The notes beneath the pieces are model-generated. The model saw only the letters and a program-made list of their open reading frames with translations. It made no database searches and was not told the DNA's origin. The position numbers and the translations under genes were made by a program. Shown in pieces: positions 1-9,715 of a DNA stretch of 64,000 nucleotides. Every line of letters begins with the position of its first letter. The first letter of the stretch is position 1. This DNA comes from Candidatus Aenigmatarchaeota archaeon (GTDB lineage Archaea > Aenigmatarchaeota > Aenigmatarchaeia > Aenigmatarchaeales > Aenigmatarchaeaceae), in contig JAZDKZ010000006.1 in assembly GCA_043802485.1 (NCBI GenBank), positions 71,497 through 135,496 on the forward strand, read 5' to 3'.

Positions 1-166
1 AAGACGCCTGCTCCAGAAGGATCGGTATAAAGTTCTGCTGGTTCAATCCATTCGGAGCAGAGGCAAAGGAAAATAATTTTGATTTCGAGATAAAAGACTT
101 TAAAGATATCCAAGGAATTGTGGAAAGCTCTTCTGATAACGATTAGATTTTTGGCTAAGTTCTATT

Positions 167-688
167 TTATACTATGGTCAGCCTGTAGCAGTAGATGTCC
201 TCGAACGAGATGTGGATCCTTTCCAGTTCCTCTGCTGAGAAGCCGTTTTTCTTAATCAACTCGTCCACCTTCTTCCTGTTGGTGAGTGAGGAGAAGAGAA
301 GTAGTATGAAGCCGTCCTCTGCAAGGAACTCTTTTGCCTGGGTCAGGAACCTTTCTATTATTTCATGGCCCTTTTTGCCGCCGTCCAGGGCAGGGTCCTT
401 GGCGCCCTCCTCGGGAAGGTATGGCGCGTTGAAGACTATGGTGTCAAACTTTTTCTTTTCAAGAGAGGAGAACAGGTCGGATCTGATGAAGGTTATCTTG
501 CTGTTTTTGAAGTTGTTTATACTTTGTGGGTTGATGTCAACTGCTATGACAGATCTGGCTTTGGACAGAGCAGCAATAGCTTGGATCCCCGAGCCTGTGC
601 CCATGTCCAGAACGTTTCCTCGGGCCAGTTTCTTTACATATTTCTCCAGGAGGAAGGAGTCCTCTCTTGGCTGGTAGATGTTTGACAT
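167..688 (-). CDS. SAM-dependent methyltransferase, HemK/PrmC/Mtq2-like (N5-glutamine methyltransferase family)
   Basis: 173-aa ORF; SAM-binding loop VLDMGTGSGIQAI and NPPY-type motif FNAPYLP. Confidence 0.8.
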   Translation of the reverse strand: MSNIYQPREDSFLLEKYVKKLARGNVLDMGTGSGIQAIAALSKARSVIAVDINPQSINNFKNSKITFIRSDLFSSLEKKKFDTIVFNAPYLPEEGAKDPALDGGKKGHEIIERFLTQAKEFLAEDGFILLLFSSLTNRKKVDELIKKNGFSAEELERIHISFEDIYCYRLTIV

Positions 689-725
689 AATGTAAATATA
701 GAAATAGATTTTAAATTTATATTCT

Positions 726-911
726 CTATAATTGAAGTACCTTGTATATTTTCATTCTGCCATTTGAATTTCCCTTTGCTATGCTTAAACTTTCCAATTT
801 AAAATTGAAAGACAACCTTTTATTTTTCGTTTCTTTAAATGCTTCTCTAAAATTTTTTCTTGAATTTTCAAAAAATGCTAATGTTACATGAGGTTTGAAT
901 TGTCTATGCAT
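726..911 (-). pseudogene. remnant of a 2H phosphoesterase (LigT/ThpR family), C-terminal half only
   Basis: 61-aa ORF with a single H-x-T-x motif (KPHVTLAF); family members carry two such motifs and are about three times longer; no room upstream for the missing half. Confidence 0.4.
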
Positions 912-986
912 TACCTTGCCATATTTCTCTAGCTTTGATGATATTCTTGAAGTAAATATTTAAGCCGGCTCTCACTAGTTATAGGC

Positions 987-1463
987 ATGGCAAAGAAAAT
1001 TTCCGAAGCGAAGAAGATTTCAATGCAGATGGACAAGGAATACAACATAATCAAGGCAAAGATAGCCCCAAAGATGCAAAAGAGATCAAGGGGAAGACTG
1101 AAGAGGCTAAGGAAGAGCATGAGCCGCCTAAAGCCCCTTAAGGTAAAGGAGCGCAATATCTCAATGGCAGAGCGTGACACAAGGGCAAAGCTCGGTCAGG
1201 TCAAGAGACAGATAATGTCTGCAAAGACAAAGGCAAAGGCAGACAAGGCACGCATGGCAAGCCTGACCAAGGAGCTGCAGAGGCTCAGAAAGGAAATACC
1301 CCTTCTGAACAAGAGCATTAGGGCATGGTCCAGTGCAGAGAGAAAGATGGCAGGAAAGCACAAAAGCATAACCAGGGAAATGGCCAAACTTGAGAAGAGA
1401 ATCGCAAAGGAAGATATGAGAAAGGACAAAGTTGTCAAGGAACTCCAGAAATACTTCAAATAA
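987..1463 (+). CDS. hypothetical lysine/arginine-rich coiled-coil protein
   Basis: 158-aa ORF, highly basic heptad-like sequence; the overlapping antisense ORFs look like shadows. Confidence 0.5.
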   Translation: MAKKISEAKKISMQMDKEYNIIKAKIAPKMQKRSRGRLKRLRKSMSRLKPLKVKERNISMAERDTRAKLGQVKRQIMSAKTKAKADKARMASLTKELQRLRKEIPLLNKSIRAWSSAERKMAGKHKSITREMAKLEKRIAKEDMRKDKVVKELQKYFK

Positions 1464-1551
1464 TCCTGACAATTTTTATCCGGCTATTTTCACATAAGCA
1501 TAGGTCTGTAATTCTGCTAGTTTTGAGTAGCGTGAGAAAACATTAATAACA

Positions 1552-2106
1552 TCACTGGTCAGGATACTCTTCTACCATGTCCTCGTTGTAGACTATCTCC
1601 ACTCCCGCTTCCTTGAAGAATTTTCTTGTCAGCTCCCCGTTGTGGTACTTTTTCTGGCATACCACCCTTTTAATTCCGGCGTTGATTATCATCTTGGCGC
1701 AGGTGAAGCATGGCTCGAACTTTACGTAGAGCGTTGCTCCTTCTGTAGATATGCCGTGCAAGGCTGCCTGGACAATGGCATTCTGCTCTGCATGAGTCGT
1801 CCTTATGCAGTGCTTTGACTGCTTGCCGTCCGGGTTGATCACGTCGTGCATCAGATGACCGACTTCGTCGCAGTGCTTCAAACCTTTCGGCGAGCCGACG
1901 TAGCCTGTGGTAATTATTCTCTTGTTCCTGACAAGGACCGCTCCGTTCCTGCCCCTGTCGCAGGTGCCTCGCGTCCCCACAACCTTGGCTATCTCCATAA
2001 AGTACTCGTCCCAGGAAGGCCTCTTATATTCTTCCCTCTTTTCTGCAATCAACCTTTCTGCGATTTTGGCAATCTTGTCTTTCAGAAAAAGCTCGTCATC
2101 CATCAA
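1552..2106 (-). CDS. deoxycytidylate (dCMP) deaminase, ComEB-like
   Basis: zinc-binding cytidine/dCMP deaminase motifs HAEQNAI and PCFTCAKMI. Confidence 0.85.
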   Translation of the reverse strand: MMDDELFLKDKIAKIAERLIAEKREEYKRPSWDEYFMEIAKVVGTRGTCDRGRNGAVLVRNKRIITTGYVGSPKGLKHCDEVGHLMHDVINPDGKQSKHCIRTTHAEQNAIVQAALHGISTEGATLYVKFEPCFTCAKMIINAGIKRVVCQKKYHNGELTRKFFKEAGVEIVYNEDMVEEYPDQ

Positions 2107-2126
2107 TTGGAATTGACATTGAAATT

Positions 2127-3356
2127 TTATATGTTTTTTGGTCTCTGAACCATTATCACGTCCAGGTTCTTTGGCGTTGCCTCGACGCCCAGAATGCCTG
2201 CAACAGACGGTTTTGTCCTGCCGCCGTTCCCTGAAACTAGTTCTTTAACATAAAGACCTGCGTCTGTCCTGACCCGCAATTCAAGGGTCTTGCTGCTTAT
2301 CCTTTTGTATTTTATCTCCTTGACCCTTCTCTTCCTCACAAGGTCGGCTCTTCTGTGAGCGACCCTTGTAGGGGTTCTTTGTGATATGACTCCTTTGAGC
2401 TTGTACAGCTTCCTCAAATCCTTTTTGTCAACAGACTTTGAGAATTTAACAGTAACATGGTAGGTCTTGTCACCTCTTTCCGTCTTTACCCTGACAACAG
2501 TGTTCCTGTCGCAGAAACGCACCAGCTTGACATTAACCTTCTTGCTCTTGTTTATCTCCCTTTGCATCTTCCTGATGCTGAACTTTCTTTTCACAGGCTT
2601 TTCTATCTCTATAACAAACGGTCTCCAGTCAAGGCATCTGGCGTCAATGTCCTCCCTACCGCTTCCGTGGAAGGAGCTCTTCTTGCTCTTTGCAGCTTTC
2701 AAGAGCGGCTTTGCTATTATCTCCTGGACAGACGTCTTGTGCACGCCAGGCGTTCCCCATTTGGACTGGGGTATTCCGCGTTTCAGTTTCTTGTAGAAGC
2801 CTAGAACGTAGAGGGAGCCTATTTCCAGTTCATATCTGTTCTTCTCTAGATTGGCTATGATCAGGATGTCAGGCCTTTTGAACGCTACCGGCTTTTTTAC
2901 AAGCTTCTCTATCCTCTTGCCCAATTCACGATTAATCTCGGTCTTGATGGATTCGACATACTCTATGCCATTGATTTCCCATATCTTCTCTTCTCGTTTG
3001 TGAACCTGGCTGCTGACCTTTGAGCCGACAAGAAAGCTGTTGAATTCCAACTTGTTCATCCTCTTTACGCACTTCTCGGCAAATTTGTCAATGCCATCGA
3101 AAATGTTAGCGCATACCCAGCATTTTTCCTTCTTTCCTGTTTCTAACTTGTTCCTGAACTTGATGCCTTGGAAGTTGCTCATGTCAATTCCTGCTGGATC
3201 GATTTTGTCGGAGTCTATCATCATTGCTGTAAATAATCTTATCACCTTTCCCCTCTTCTCGCTGGTGAAGCCGCTCAATAAATTTGCGTAGAGCCTGCCA
3301 AGGCAGTGGTCGCAAAGGTTCTTTTCAAAAACTTTTGTGTTAATCATATTAATCAT
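2127..3356 (-). CDS. pus10: tRNA pseudouridine(54/55) synthase Pus10
   Basis: 409 aa; N-terminal zinc ribbon LCDHCLGRL...CWVCANIF typical of archaeal Pus10, followed by a long catalytic region. Confidence 0.8.
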   Translation of the reverse strand: MINMINTKVFEKNLCDHCLGRLYANLLSGFTSEKRGKVIRLFTAMMIDSDKIDPAGIDMSNFQGIKFRNKLETGKKEKCWVCANIFDGIDKFAEKCVKRMNKLEFNSFLVGSKVSSQVHKREEKIWEINGIEYVESIKTEINRELGKRIEKLVKKPVAFKRPDILIIANLEKNRYELEIGSLYVLGFYKKLKRGIPQSKWGTPGVHKTSVQEIIAKPLLKAAKSKKSSFHGSGREDIDARCLDWRPFVIEIEKPVKRKFSIRKMQREINKSKKVNVKLVRFCDRNTVVRVKTERGDKTYHVTVKFSKSVDKKDLRKLYKLKGVISQRTPTRVAHRRADLVRKRRVKEIKYKRISSKTLELRVRTDAGLYVKELVSGNGGRTKPSVAGILGVEATPKNLDVIMVQRPKNI

Positions 3357-3385
3357 AATACCACTCTCAATGGTAAATAAATTAT

Positions 3386-4258
3386 ATGTTTAATGTTTTT
3401 AATCAATCTCTAGACGATAAGATGAGAAATTATAGCATAAAAGAGTATAATGAGGTTCTTGAGCTTAGAAAGAAACGATTAACATTCAGAAAAATCTCTA
3501 AGATTTTGGGAATACCTATGAGTACCATATATATGTGGACTAGAGGCTCTTTGCCTATGAAGCATTCCAAAAAACATAGAGAACACAGAATAAAAAACAT
3601 AAAAATGATTAATGAGAAAAATAGAGGATCAAGAGAAGAAAAATACAATAATTTAAAACGGAAAATTGATACTAATTTTGCGTTCGTCTTAGGTTCTGTT
3701 TTAGGTGATGGTTGCATTAGTTTTACTAAGCGCAATGGTGGTCAGGTTACTCTAATTACTAAAGATAAGGACTTTGCTTTAGATTTTAAGAAATCGTTAG
3801 ATGAATGGAGTTTAATGAAATCTAAATTGATATATTATAGAAACGTATGGCAAGTATGGTCTTATTCTACAGTTATTGCAAAATGCCTAAAATATTATAA
3901 CCTTAGCGATATTTTCAGAACAGATGAAAACATTAAATGTTCCTTTCTAAGAGGTATATTCGATGCTGAAGGTAGTGTTGATGTTAAAGGCAAGAAGATA
4001 GTTTTTGCTAACACATCTACAGAAATAACAGAAATTACTAAAATATTATTGGAAGATATTGGAATAGAATGTAAAGTTTACAATAGATTCTCAAATACCA
4101 GATATATAGAAGGCAGGAAACTTTTTCCTGGCACATACTTTGTAATTCAGATAGGCTCTAGAGAAAATTTGAAAACATACCATGAGAAAGTGGGTTTTTC
4201 CATAAACAGAAAACAAGAAAGATTGGATAAGATTATAAAATCTTATAAGCCTCTTTGA
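3386..4258 (+). CDS. free-standing LAGLIDADG homing-endonuclease-like protein with N-terminal HTH
   Basis: two LAGLIDADG motifs (FVLGSVLGDGCI and FLRGIFDAEGSV); HTH-like LTFRKISKILGIPMSTIYMW; very AT-rich; its 3' end overlaps trmY convergently by 16 nt. Confidence 0.75.
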   Translation: MFNVFNQSLDDKMRNYSIKEYNEVLELRKKRLTFRKISKILGIPMSTIYMWTRGSLPMKHSKKHREHRIKNIKMINEKNRGSREEKYNNLKRKIDTNFAFVLGSVLGDGCISFTKRNGGQVTLITKDKDFALDFKKSLDEWSLMKSKLIYYRNVWQVWSYSTVIAKCLKYYNLSDIFRTDENIKCSFLRGIFDAEGSVDVKGKKIVFANTSTEITEITKILLEDIGIECKVYNRFSNTRYIEGRKLFPGTYFVIQIGSRENLKTYHEKVGFSINRKQERLDKIIKSYKPL

Positions 4259-4818
4259 TCCAGAGCCCAATTTATAATCGATATACAAGAACTGGCAAGA
4301 TACACGTTTTTTCCAATAGATATCTTTTCGCCGTATCGTAAAGCAAAGCTTTCCTCCCTGCTTGGAAGTCCGATTTGGTCTCCTAGTATTATCATAGGGT
4401 TCTCTTTCAGTTGAACTTCGTTGATGGGAGTCCCCTTTTCATGCAGAACATAAACATTGGAGTCAGTCTCCTTGATAATATCCTGGAAGCTCTTCCTTGC
4501 TATCTGCGTTCCATGGACATCAGACCAGTCCTTGCCAAATCTTGTTGACAATAGTTTTTTTATCCATCTTGCATTGGCCTTCTCGTCAACATAGACTTTC
4601 AAAAGCTTGGAGCCGTCGAAGCATATGGTGACAGGAGCTCTTGACGGGCCATTGAGGTTGACATAGAACTTTGTGTCTTCCCTTGCCCTGTGGGACATCC
4701 ACAGTGCGGAAGTTATGCACCTGCATACCAGGTCCATCCTACCTGCCTCCACAAGCTTTTCCTCTTCGAACCTGTTGTCGGTCCTTCCCTTTCTAGAATA
4801 CAAAACAAAGGACCTCAT
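4243..4818 (-). CDS. trmY: tRNA (pseudouridine54-N1)-methyltransferase TrmY (SPOUT, DUF358)
   Basis: GRMDLVCRCITSALWMSH, NPMIILGDQIGL and ISIGKNVYLASSCISIINWALD align with the M. jannaschii TrmY pattern; ATGA overlap with the srp54 stop. Confidence 0.8.
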   Translation of the reverse strand: MRSFVLYSRKGRTDNRFEEEKLVEAGRMDLVCRCITSALWMSHRAREDTKFYVNLNGPSRAPVTICFDGSKLLKVYVDEKANARWIKKLLSTRFGKDWSDVHGTQIARKSFQDIIKETDSNVYVLHEKGTPINEVQLKENPMIILGDQIGLPSREESFALRYGEKISIGKNVYLASSCISIINWALDQRGL

Positions 4819-6137
4819 ATCTTGAAACCTTTGAATCTCTTCATCATATTGCCCATCATGCCGCGTTTGCCAGAGAACATCTTCAACACCTTCTTCATCT
4901 GCTCATAAGTCTTCATCAGTTCCCTGACCTCTGCCTCTGTTGTTCCTGAACCCTTGGCAATCCTCTTTACCCTTGACGGGTTTATCAGCTGCGGGTCCTG
5001 CTTCTCCTGCTTTGTCATCGACTGTATTATGATGGCCCATTTCTTCATCTTGTTCTCCTGCTTGTCAGCGTCAAACCCTTTGGGCATCTTCATTGCCGAC
5101 ATGCCAGGAACCATGTTCATCATAGAGCTCATCGAACCCATCTTCTGCATGGATTTCAGCTGCTCGTAGAACTCGTCCATGTTGAACTTACCTGTCATTA
5201 TTTTTTGAGCAGTTTCCGGTTTGATCTCCGCTTCCTTTGCCTTTTCAAGAAGGCCCTGCATGTCGCCAAAGCCTATCATTCTTGAGATGAACCTCTCGGG
5301 GTCAAAGACTTCGATAGCATCGACCTTCTCCCCAGTGCCTATGAACTTTATTGGCGCTCCTGTCACTGCACAGGATGTCAAAGCACCACCACCTCTGGCA
5401 GTTCCATCCATCTTTGTAAGAAACACGCCTGTTATACCAACGAGCTTCTTGAAACCTTCTGCTTGTTCTCCTGCAGCCTGACCGAGTTCAGCCGGTATTG
5501 TCAGCAATACCTCGTCAGGTTTCACCAAATCTGCCAGCTGCTTCAGCTCCTTTGCCAGTTCCTCATCCAAAGAGCTTCTTCCTGATGCGTCGAAAATAAT
5601 GATGTCATATTTCTTGTGCTTGTTCAGCCCGTTCTTCACAATCTCCAGCGGGTCCTTGATGTCCTTCGGAGCGTAACAGGGAACGTGAATCTGCTCTGCC
5701 AATTGCGAAAGCTGGTCCATGGCAGCAGGCCTGTGAACGTCGCAACCGATTAAGGCGGGTCTCAGACCCCTTTTCTGGTAGAACTTTGACAATTTGCCGA
5801 TGGAGGTGGTCTTGCCAGAACCGAAAAGGCCCACAAACATTATCCTTCCAGGCTTCAGCATCAGCTCGGTCTTCTCGCCAACGAACTTTACCAGCTCGTC
5901 ATAAACGATTTTGGTGACATGCTCCTTCGGTGTCAAGCCCTTGGGTGGCTTTTCGTTGACAGCTCTGTCCCTTATCTCGTCTGTCAGCTTTTGCGCAAGC
6001 TTGATATTGACATCCGCCGATACTAGGGCCTTGTAAATATCGCTAGACAAATCCTCGACTATCTTCTTGTCGACATAGCCTGCCTTTGTCAGTTTTCTCA
6101 GGGCATCCTTTATGCCGCTGCTTAATCTGTCCAGCAT
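4815..6137 (-). CDS. srp54: signal recognition particle protein SRP54
   Basis: GTPase motifs GLFGSGKTTSIGKL and DASGR; Met-rich M domain MGSMSSMMNMVPGMSAMKMP; start placed at internal MLDRLSSGIKDAL (ORF extends to 6191). Confidence 0.95.
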   Translation of the reverse strand: MLDRLSSGIKDALRKLTKAGYVDKKIVEDLSSDIYKALVSADVNIKLAQKLTDEIRDRAVNEKPPKGLTPKEHVTKIVYDELVKFVGEKTELMLKPGRIMFVGLFGSGKTTSIGKLSKFYQKRGLRPALIGCDVHRPAAMDQLSQLAEQIHVPCYAPKDIKDPLEIVKNGLNKHKKYDIIIFDASGRSSLDEELAKELKQLADLVKPDEVLLTIPAELGQAAGEQAEGFKKLVGITGVFLTKMDGTARGGGALTSCAVTGAPIKFIGTGEKVDAIEVFDPERFISRMIGFGDMQGLLEKAKEAEIKPETAQKIMTGKFNMDEFYEQLKSMQKMGSMSSMMNMVPGMSAMKMPKGFDADKQENKMKKWAIIIQSMTKQEKQDPQLINPSRVKRIAKGSGTTEAEVRELMKTYEQMKKVLKMFSGKRGMMGNMMKRFKGFKI

Positions 6138-6219
6138 AACTAACAGATTAAGTTTTGATTTTTTTAAATCTTGTCTTTGCCTGATATTCAATTATTAATT
6201 TATAGTCTGAATCTATAAT

Positions 6220-7365
6220 ATGGGAAGATTCATTTTCATCAAGGGCAAGAACCCTGTCTTATCCAAGTTGGAGTTGGAGTCATATTTTCAGAGTAGGTGC
6301 GTCAAATATTCAATTGTTGACGATTCAGACGACTTTACCATCATCGACGCTAAAATCGATCCAAAAATGATAGATTCTTTGGGAGGGACCCTTAAGATTG
6401 CCGAGCTGATAACCGAGTGCGAGGATATAACGCCAGAAGCAATGAAAGACGTCGAGAAGATGATAAGCGCTAGGGTCTTTGGTCTGAGCGTCTATGCTGA
6501 AAAAAGGGAGCACGGGATTTACAAGCTGGTCGGAAAGACGCTGAAGGAGAACCTAAGGGAGAACGGGGTCAAGGCCAAATATCTGGGCTTTTCCATAAGC
6601 AGAAGGCCCCAGATGAGCAATGTCGAGCTCATCAAGAGGAAAATCCTGGAGGAGAGCGTTGAGGTTGTTGTGTGTTATTCTGACAGGTTCTACATAGGAG
6701 TCACCAGAGCTCTGCACAATCCCTTTGAATACCAGAAAAGGGACATGGAGCGCCCTGAGCAGAGGCCCATATTCTCCATACCGCCCAGGCTTGCGAACAT
6801 TCTCATCAACCTTTCAGGGGCAAAGCCCGGCGACTTGTTGTTGGATCCTTTCTGTGGTATAGGCACCATTCTGCAGGAAGCTGCGTTAAGGGGTATGAGG
6901 ATAGCCGGCATAGACAAGGACCCGAGTTGTGTGGAGGCTTCGAAGATAAACCTGCATTGGCTTTCCGAAGAGTACAAGCTGGAGATAGACGACGGCATGA
7001 TAGGCTTTGGTGACGCGACAAGGCTCAGCGACAACTTTTTGAAAGATTCAGTGGATGCTATTGCTACAGAGCCTTACCTTGGTCCGCCGCTGAGGGGTAG
7101 CCAGAGAGAGAACGAAGTCAGGAAGATATTCAGGCAGCTCGAGCCTATGTACGCAAAGTCTCTGAGGGCCATGGGCAGGATTCTGAAGAAAGGCAAAAGG
7201 GTTGCCATCATATCCCCTTGTATAAGGATGCATAAGGGCAAGGCCGCCCATTTCGAGTTCCAGAGATTGGCAAAGGCTGCCGGCTTCAAGATAATCGAAT
7301 CGGTGATTGATGCCGAGAAGAGGCATGTGACCCAGAGGGAAATATTCATCATAGAGAAAAGATGA
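6220..7365 (+). CDS. RNA methyltransferase with THUMP-like N-terminal region (Trm11/Trm14/UPF0020-like)
   Basis: SAM motif LLDPFCGIGTILQEAALRG and DPPY-like ATEPYLGPP; about 160-aa N-terminal domain of THUMP size. Confidence 0.6.
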   Translation: MGRFIFIKGKNPVLSKLELESYFQSRCVKYSIVDDSDDFTIIDAKIDPKMIDSLGGTLKIAELITECEDITPEAMKDVEKMISARVFGLSVYAEKREHGIYKLVGKTLKENLRENGVKAKYLGFSISRRPQMSNVELIKRKILEESVEVVVCYSDRFYIGVTRALHNPFEYQKRDMERPEQRPIFSIPPRLANILINLSGAKPGDLLLDPFCGIGTILQEAALRGMRIAGIDKDPSCVEASKINLHWLSEEYKLEIDDGMIGFGDATRLSDNFLKDSVDAIATEPYLGPPLRGSQRENEVRKIFRQLEPMYAKSLRAMGRILKKGKRVAIISPCIRMHKGKAAHFEFQRLAKAAGFKIIESVIDAEKRHVTQREIFIIEKR

Positions 7366-7818
7366 TTAGAAGCTACCCTTGTAACAGTGTTTCAACTTCT
7401 TGTCATGATTCGTCTTCTCATATTTTTCAATGAATCTTTCCTCGTCCAGATAGTGCTTGCCTTCAATGTAACGGTTCTTGTAATTTTTCACAACAAGATA
7501 CAGCTTCTCAAGCTTGGAGAAGAGCTCATCCTTTCTTAGCTCTTCTAGCTTATCAGAATTTTTATCAATCAAGTCAAAGAAATCGATCAATGTCATTTTT
7601 TCCTTCAGAAGGTGAAGCCTTCTTTCTATTGCATCCACAGCAATCTGCTCACAGTAGACATCTCCAGTCAGGTAAAGAATGGCTCTTGCCTCGTTGACTT
7701 CATCCCAGCTGGGGTTTTCCTTGTCCAGTATGTTCTGGTATCTGTTCCAGAGCCTTTCCAGCTCTCCCTCTACTTTTTTCGGCTCCAGCATATATGTATA
7801 TTTCATTAGTTCTATCAT
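7366..7818 (-). CDS. hypothetical helical protein
   Basis: 150-aa ORF packed between flanking genes; no motif recognised. Confidence 0.4.
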   Translation of the reverse strand: MIELMKYTYMLEPKKVEGELERLWNRYQNILDKENPSWDEVNEARAILYLTGDVYCEQIAVDAIERRLHLLKEKMTLIDFFDLIDKNSDKLEELRKDELFSKLEKLYLVVKNYKNRYIEGKHYLDEERFIEKYEKTNHDKKLKHCYKGSF

Positions 7819-7830
7819 GGTTCAGACCGT

Positions 7831-9306
7831 TCACTCTAAAAGCTTGTCAACAAGCTTTTCTGCATCGAACTTTTCCAGATCTTCGTACTCTTGGCCTACT
7901 CCGAGGAAGAGTATCGGTTTGTTGATTGTGTGCGAGGCGGATAAGGCTGCTCCGCCCTTTTCATAGACATCAGCCTTTGTGAGTATCATGGCGTCTATGC
8001 CAACAGCATCGTTAAAGGTTTTGCACTGGTCATAGATGTCGTTGCCTGTCAATGCATCTAATACTAGAATCTTGAGGTCAGGTTTGTTGACCCTTATAAT
8101 TTTCTTCAGTTCGTCAACCAGATTGACGTTGGCATGGCTCCTGCCTGCAGTGTCTGCCAGTATCACATCTAATCCCTTTGACTCTGCGTGCTTCACTGCG
8201 TCGAAAATAACAGCTGCAGGATCTGCGCCGTACTTGTGCTTTATCACAGGTATGTTCAGGTTCCTGCCATGCTCTTCCAGCTGCTCGATGGCTGCTGCTC
8301 GCCACGAATCGGCTGCAGCGAACACGCAGCTGTAACCCTTTTTCTTAAGCATATGGCCTATTCGGGCTATGGAGGTGGTCTTGCCTGCGCCGTTGAAGCC
8401 CACGAAGACCATAAGGAAAGGCTTTTTGGCTTTTATTTTCTTTTCAATATCAAATGTTTCGATGTCTAGAATCTCTAGTATGGATTTCCTGATGGACTCC
8501 TTTACTATTTTCTCTATTTCCTTTTTCTTTATCGACTTGCCCACCAAGTTAGCTTTCAAATCGTTTGATATCTTCTCTGCCACATCGAGCGCGACATCCG
8601 ATTCTATGAGCCCTGTCTTCAAATCTTCAAGCATGTCCTTTACGTCATTCTCTTCCAATTCCTTCTCGGTGACTTTCTTCCTTATTCTCTGCAGGAAGCC
8701 CAATTTCTTTTTCGGCTTCTCCTCTTCGGTTTTTTTCTTTTCCACAACTCTTGGCTTTTCTTCAGTCTTTTTCTCTTCTACTTTGGTCTTGGGTTTTTCT
8801 TCGACCTTTTCTTTTTTGACTTCAACCTTAGGTTCTACTTTCTTGATCTCGGGCTTTTCGATAATTTTGACTTTCTTTTCTGGTTGCTTCTCCACAACCT
8901 CTTCCTTTGCCTCTACAATAGGCTCTATCTTTTCCATTGCTTTTTTTATTTCTTCCAGATCTTCTTTGATCTTGTCCAGCTTCTGAATTTCTGATGTCTC
9001 CTCGACCGGTTCTTCAACAACTTCTTCAGAAGGTTCCTCTTCAATTTCAGCTATTTCTGGTTCAATTTCTTCTTTCACTATTTGTTCAGGCTCTGCTTTT
9101 TCTATTTCTTCTGTGATAGGTTTTTCTTCAGAAACAGTTTCTTCCTCTGTTTCAGTAATCTCTTCTTCTGGTTGAGCTTCTTCTTCGACTTCCTCGATAA
9201 CTTCTTCTATTGGTTGTTCTTCTAGCTGCTCTTCTTCCTTCTGCTTTACCTTCTTAGAAATTTTATCTATTCCCTCTTTCAGCTTCTTTTTAAGAAATCC
9301 GAACAT
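7831..9306 (-). CDS. ftsY: SRP receptor FtsY with a long acidic/lysine-rich N-terminal domain
   Basis: NG domain motifs FVGFNGAGKTTSIARI, DTAGR and TKADV; first ~200 aa are E/K/P/I low complexity. Confidence 0.95.
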   Translation of the reverse strand: MFGFLKKKLKEGIDKISKKVKQKEEEQLEEQPIEEVIEEVEEEAQPEEEITETEEETVSEEKPITEEIEKAEPEQIVKEEIEPEIAEIEEEPSEEVVEEPVEETSEIQKLDKIKEDLEEIKKAMEKIEPIVEAKEEVVEKQPEKKVKIIEKPEIKKVEPKVEVKKEKVEEKPKTKVEEKKTEEKPRVVEKKKTEEEKPKKKLGFLQRIRKKVTEKELEENDVKDMLEDLKTGLIESDVALDVAEKISNDLKANLVGKSIKKKEIEKIVKESIRKSILEILDIETFDIEKKIKAKKPFLMVFVGFNGAGKTTSIARIGHMLKKKGYSCVFAAADSWRAAAIEQLEEHGRNLNIPVIKHKYGADPAAVIFDAVKHAESKGLDVILADTAGRSHANVNLVDELKKIIRVNKPDLKILVLDALTGNDIYDQCKTFNDAVGIDAMILTKADVYEKGGAALSASHTINKPILFLGVGQEYEDLEKFDAEKLVDKLLE

Positions 9307-9310
9307 GATA

Positions 9311-9715
9311 TCAACCCTGCATCTCTTGCAGATTTAACTGGAGCTTTTCCAAGCTGCGTATGATAGCCTGAGATTTTTTGGTCAAGTCGTTCGAATCGTT
9401 CTCAGCCTCTGTTATCCTGCTATCCAAAAGAATGATTGCGTCCTCCCTCTTCTTCTTAAGGGCCATGTCGCTTCCGATGCTAACTATTATCTCGTCCATG
9501 TTATCGACTGTGCCGAAGACAAAGTTGCCGCTACCCATAGGTATCAGCGCCTTGTTGGGCTCTGTTCTCTTGAGGTCGTCCAACGCCTGCCTTGTCCTCT
9601 GGAACTCGTCTATCTTCTGGCCGATTATATCTGCCCTCTCCTGCAGCATCTTCAAGTTAGATTCAAGAATCTGGAACTGCACTATCTTCTTCTGCATCTC
9701 CTGCTCTTTACTCAT
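9311..9715 (-). CDS. pfdA: prefoldin alpha subunit
   Basis: coiled coil - two beta hairpins (LIPMGSGNFVFGTV, IIVSIGSDMAL) - coiled coil; start moved to internal MSKEQEM because the 5' ORF extension lies inside eif6. Confidence 0.75.
   Translation of the reverse strand: MSKEQEMQKKIVQFQILESNLKMLQERADIIGQKIDEFQRTRQALDDLKRTEPNKALIPMGSGNFVFGTVDNMDEIIVSIGSDMALKKKREDAIILLDSRITEAENDSNDLTKKSQAIIRSLEKLQLNLQEMQG

Noticed and set aside
3-146. Open frame running in from the left window edge (…GIKFCWFNPFGAEAKENNFDFEIKDFKDIQGIVESSSDND*)
   Set aside because: Only 47 codons are visible, with no recognisable motif. It could be the 3' end of an upstream gene, but it cannot be supported from this window.
195-685. 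Plus-strand ORFs 195..677 and 365..685, antisense to the methyltransferase gene
   Set aside because: These are shadow ORFs on the opposite strand of a gene with clear motifs. Their sequence is low-complexity and motif-free. The same reasoning applies to most other antisense or alternative-frame ORFs in the track, e.g. 929..1180, 1161..1472, 2457..2804, 8036..8986, 9378..10386, 23266..23580, 28350..28673, 34691..35041, 37647..37982, 38722..39180, 46318..46734, 54494..55080 and 62533..63950.
8690-9306. Repetitive GAA/GAG/AAA-rich DNA that looks like a tandem repeat
   Set aside because: It is the coding sequence of the E/K-rich N-terminal domain of FtsY. It is low-complexity but has no fixed repeat unit, so it is not a repeat element or CRISPR-like array.
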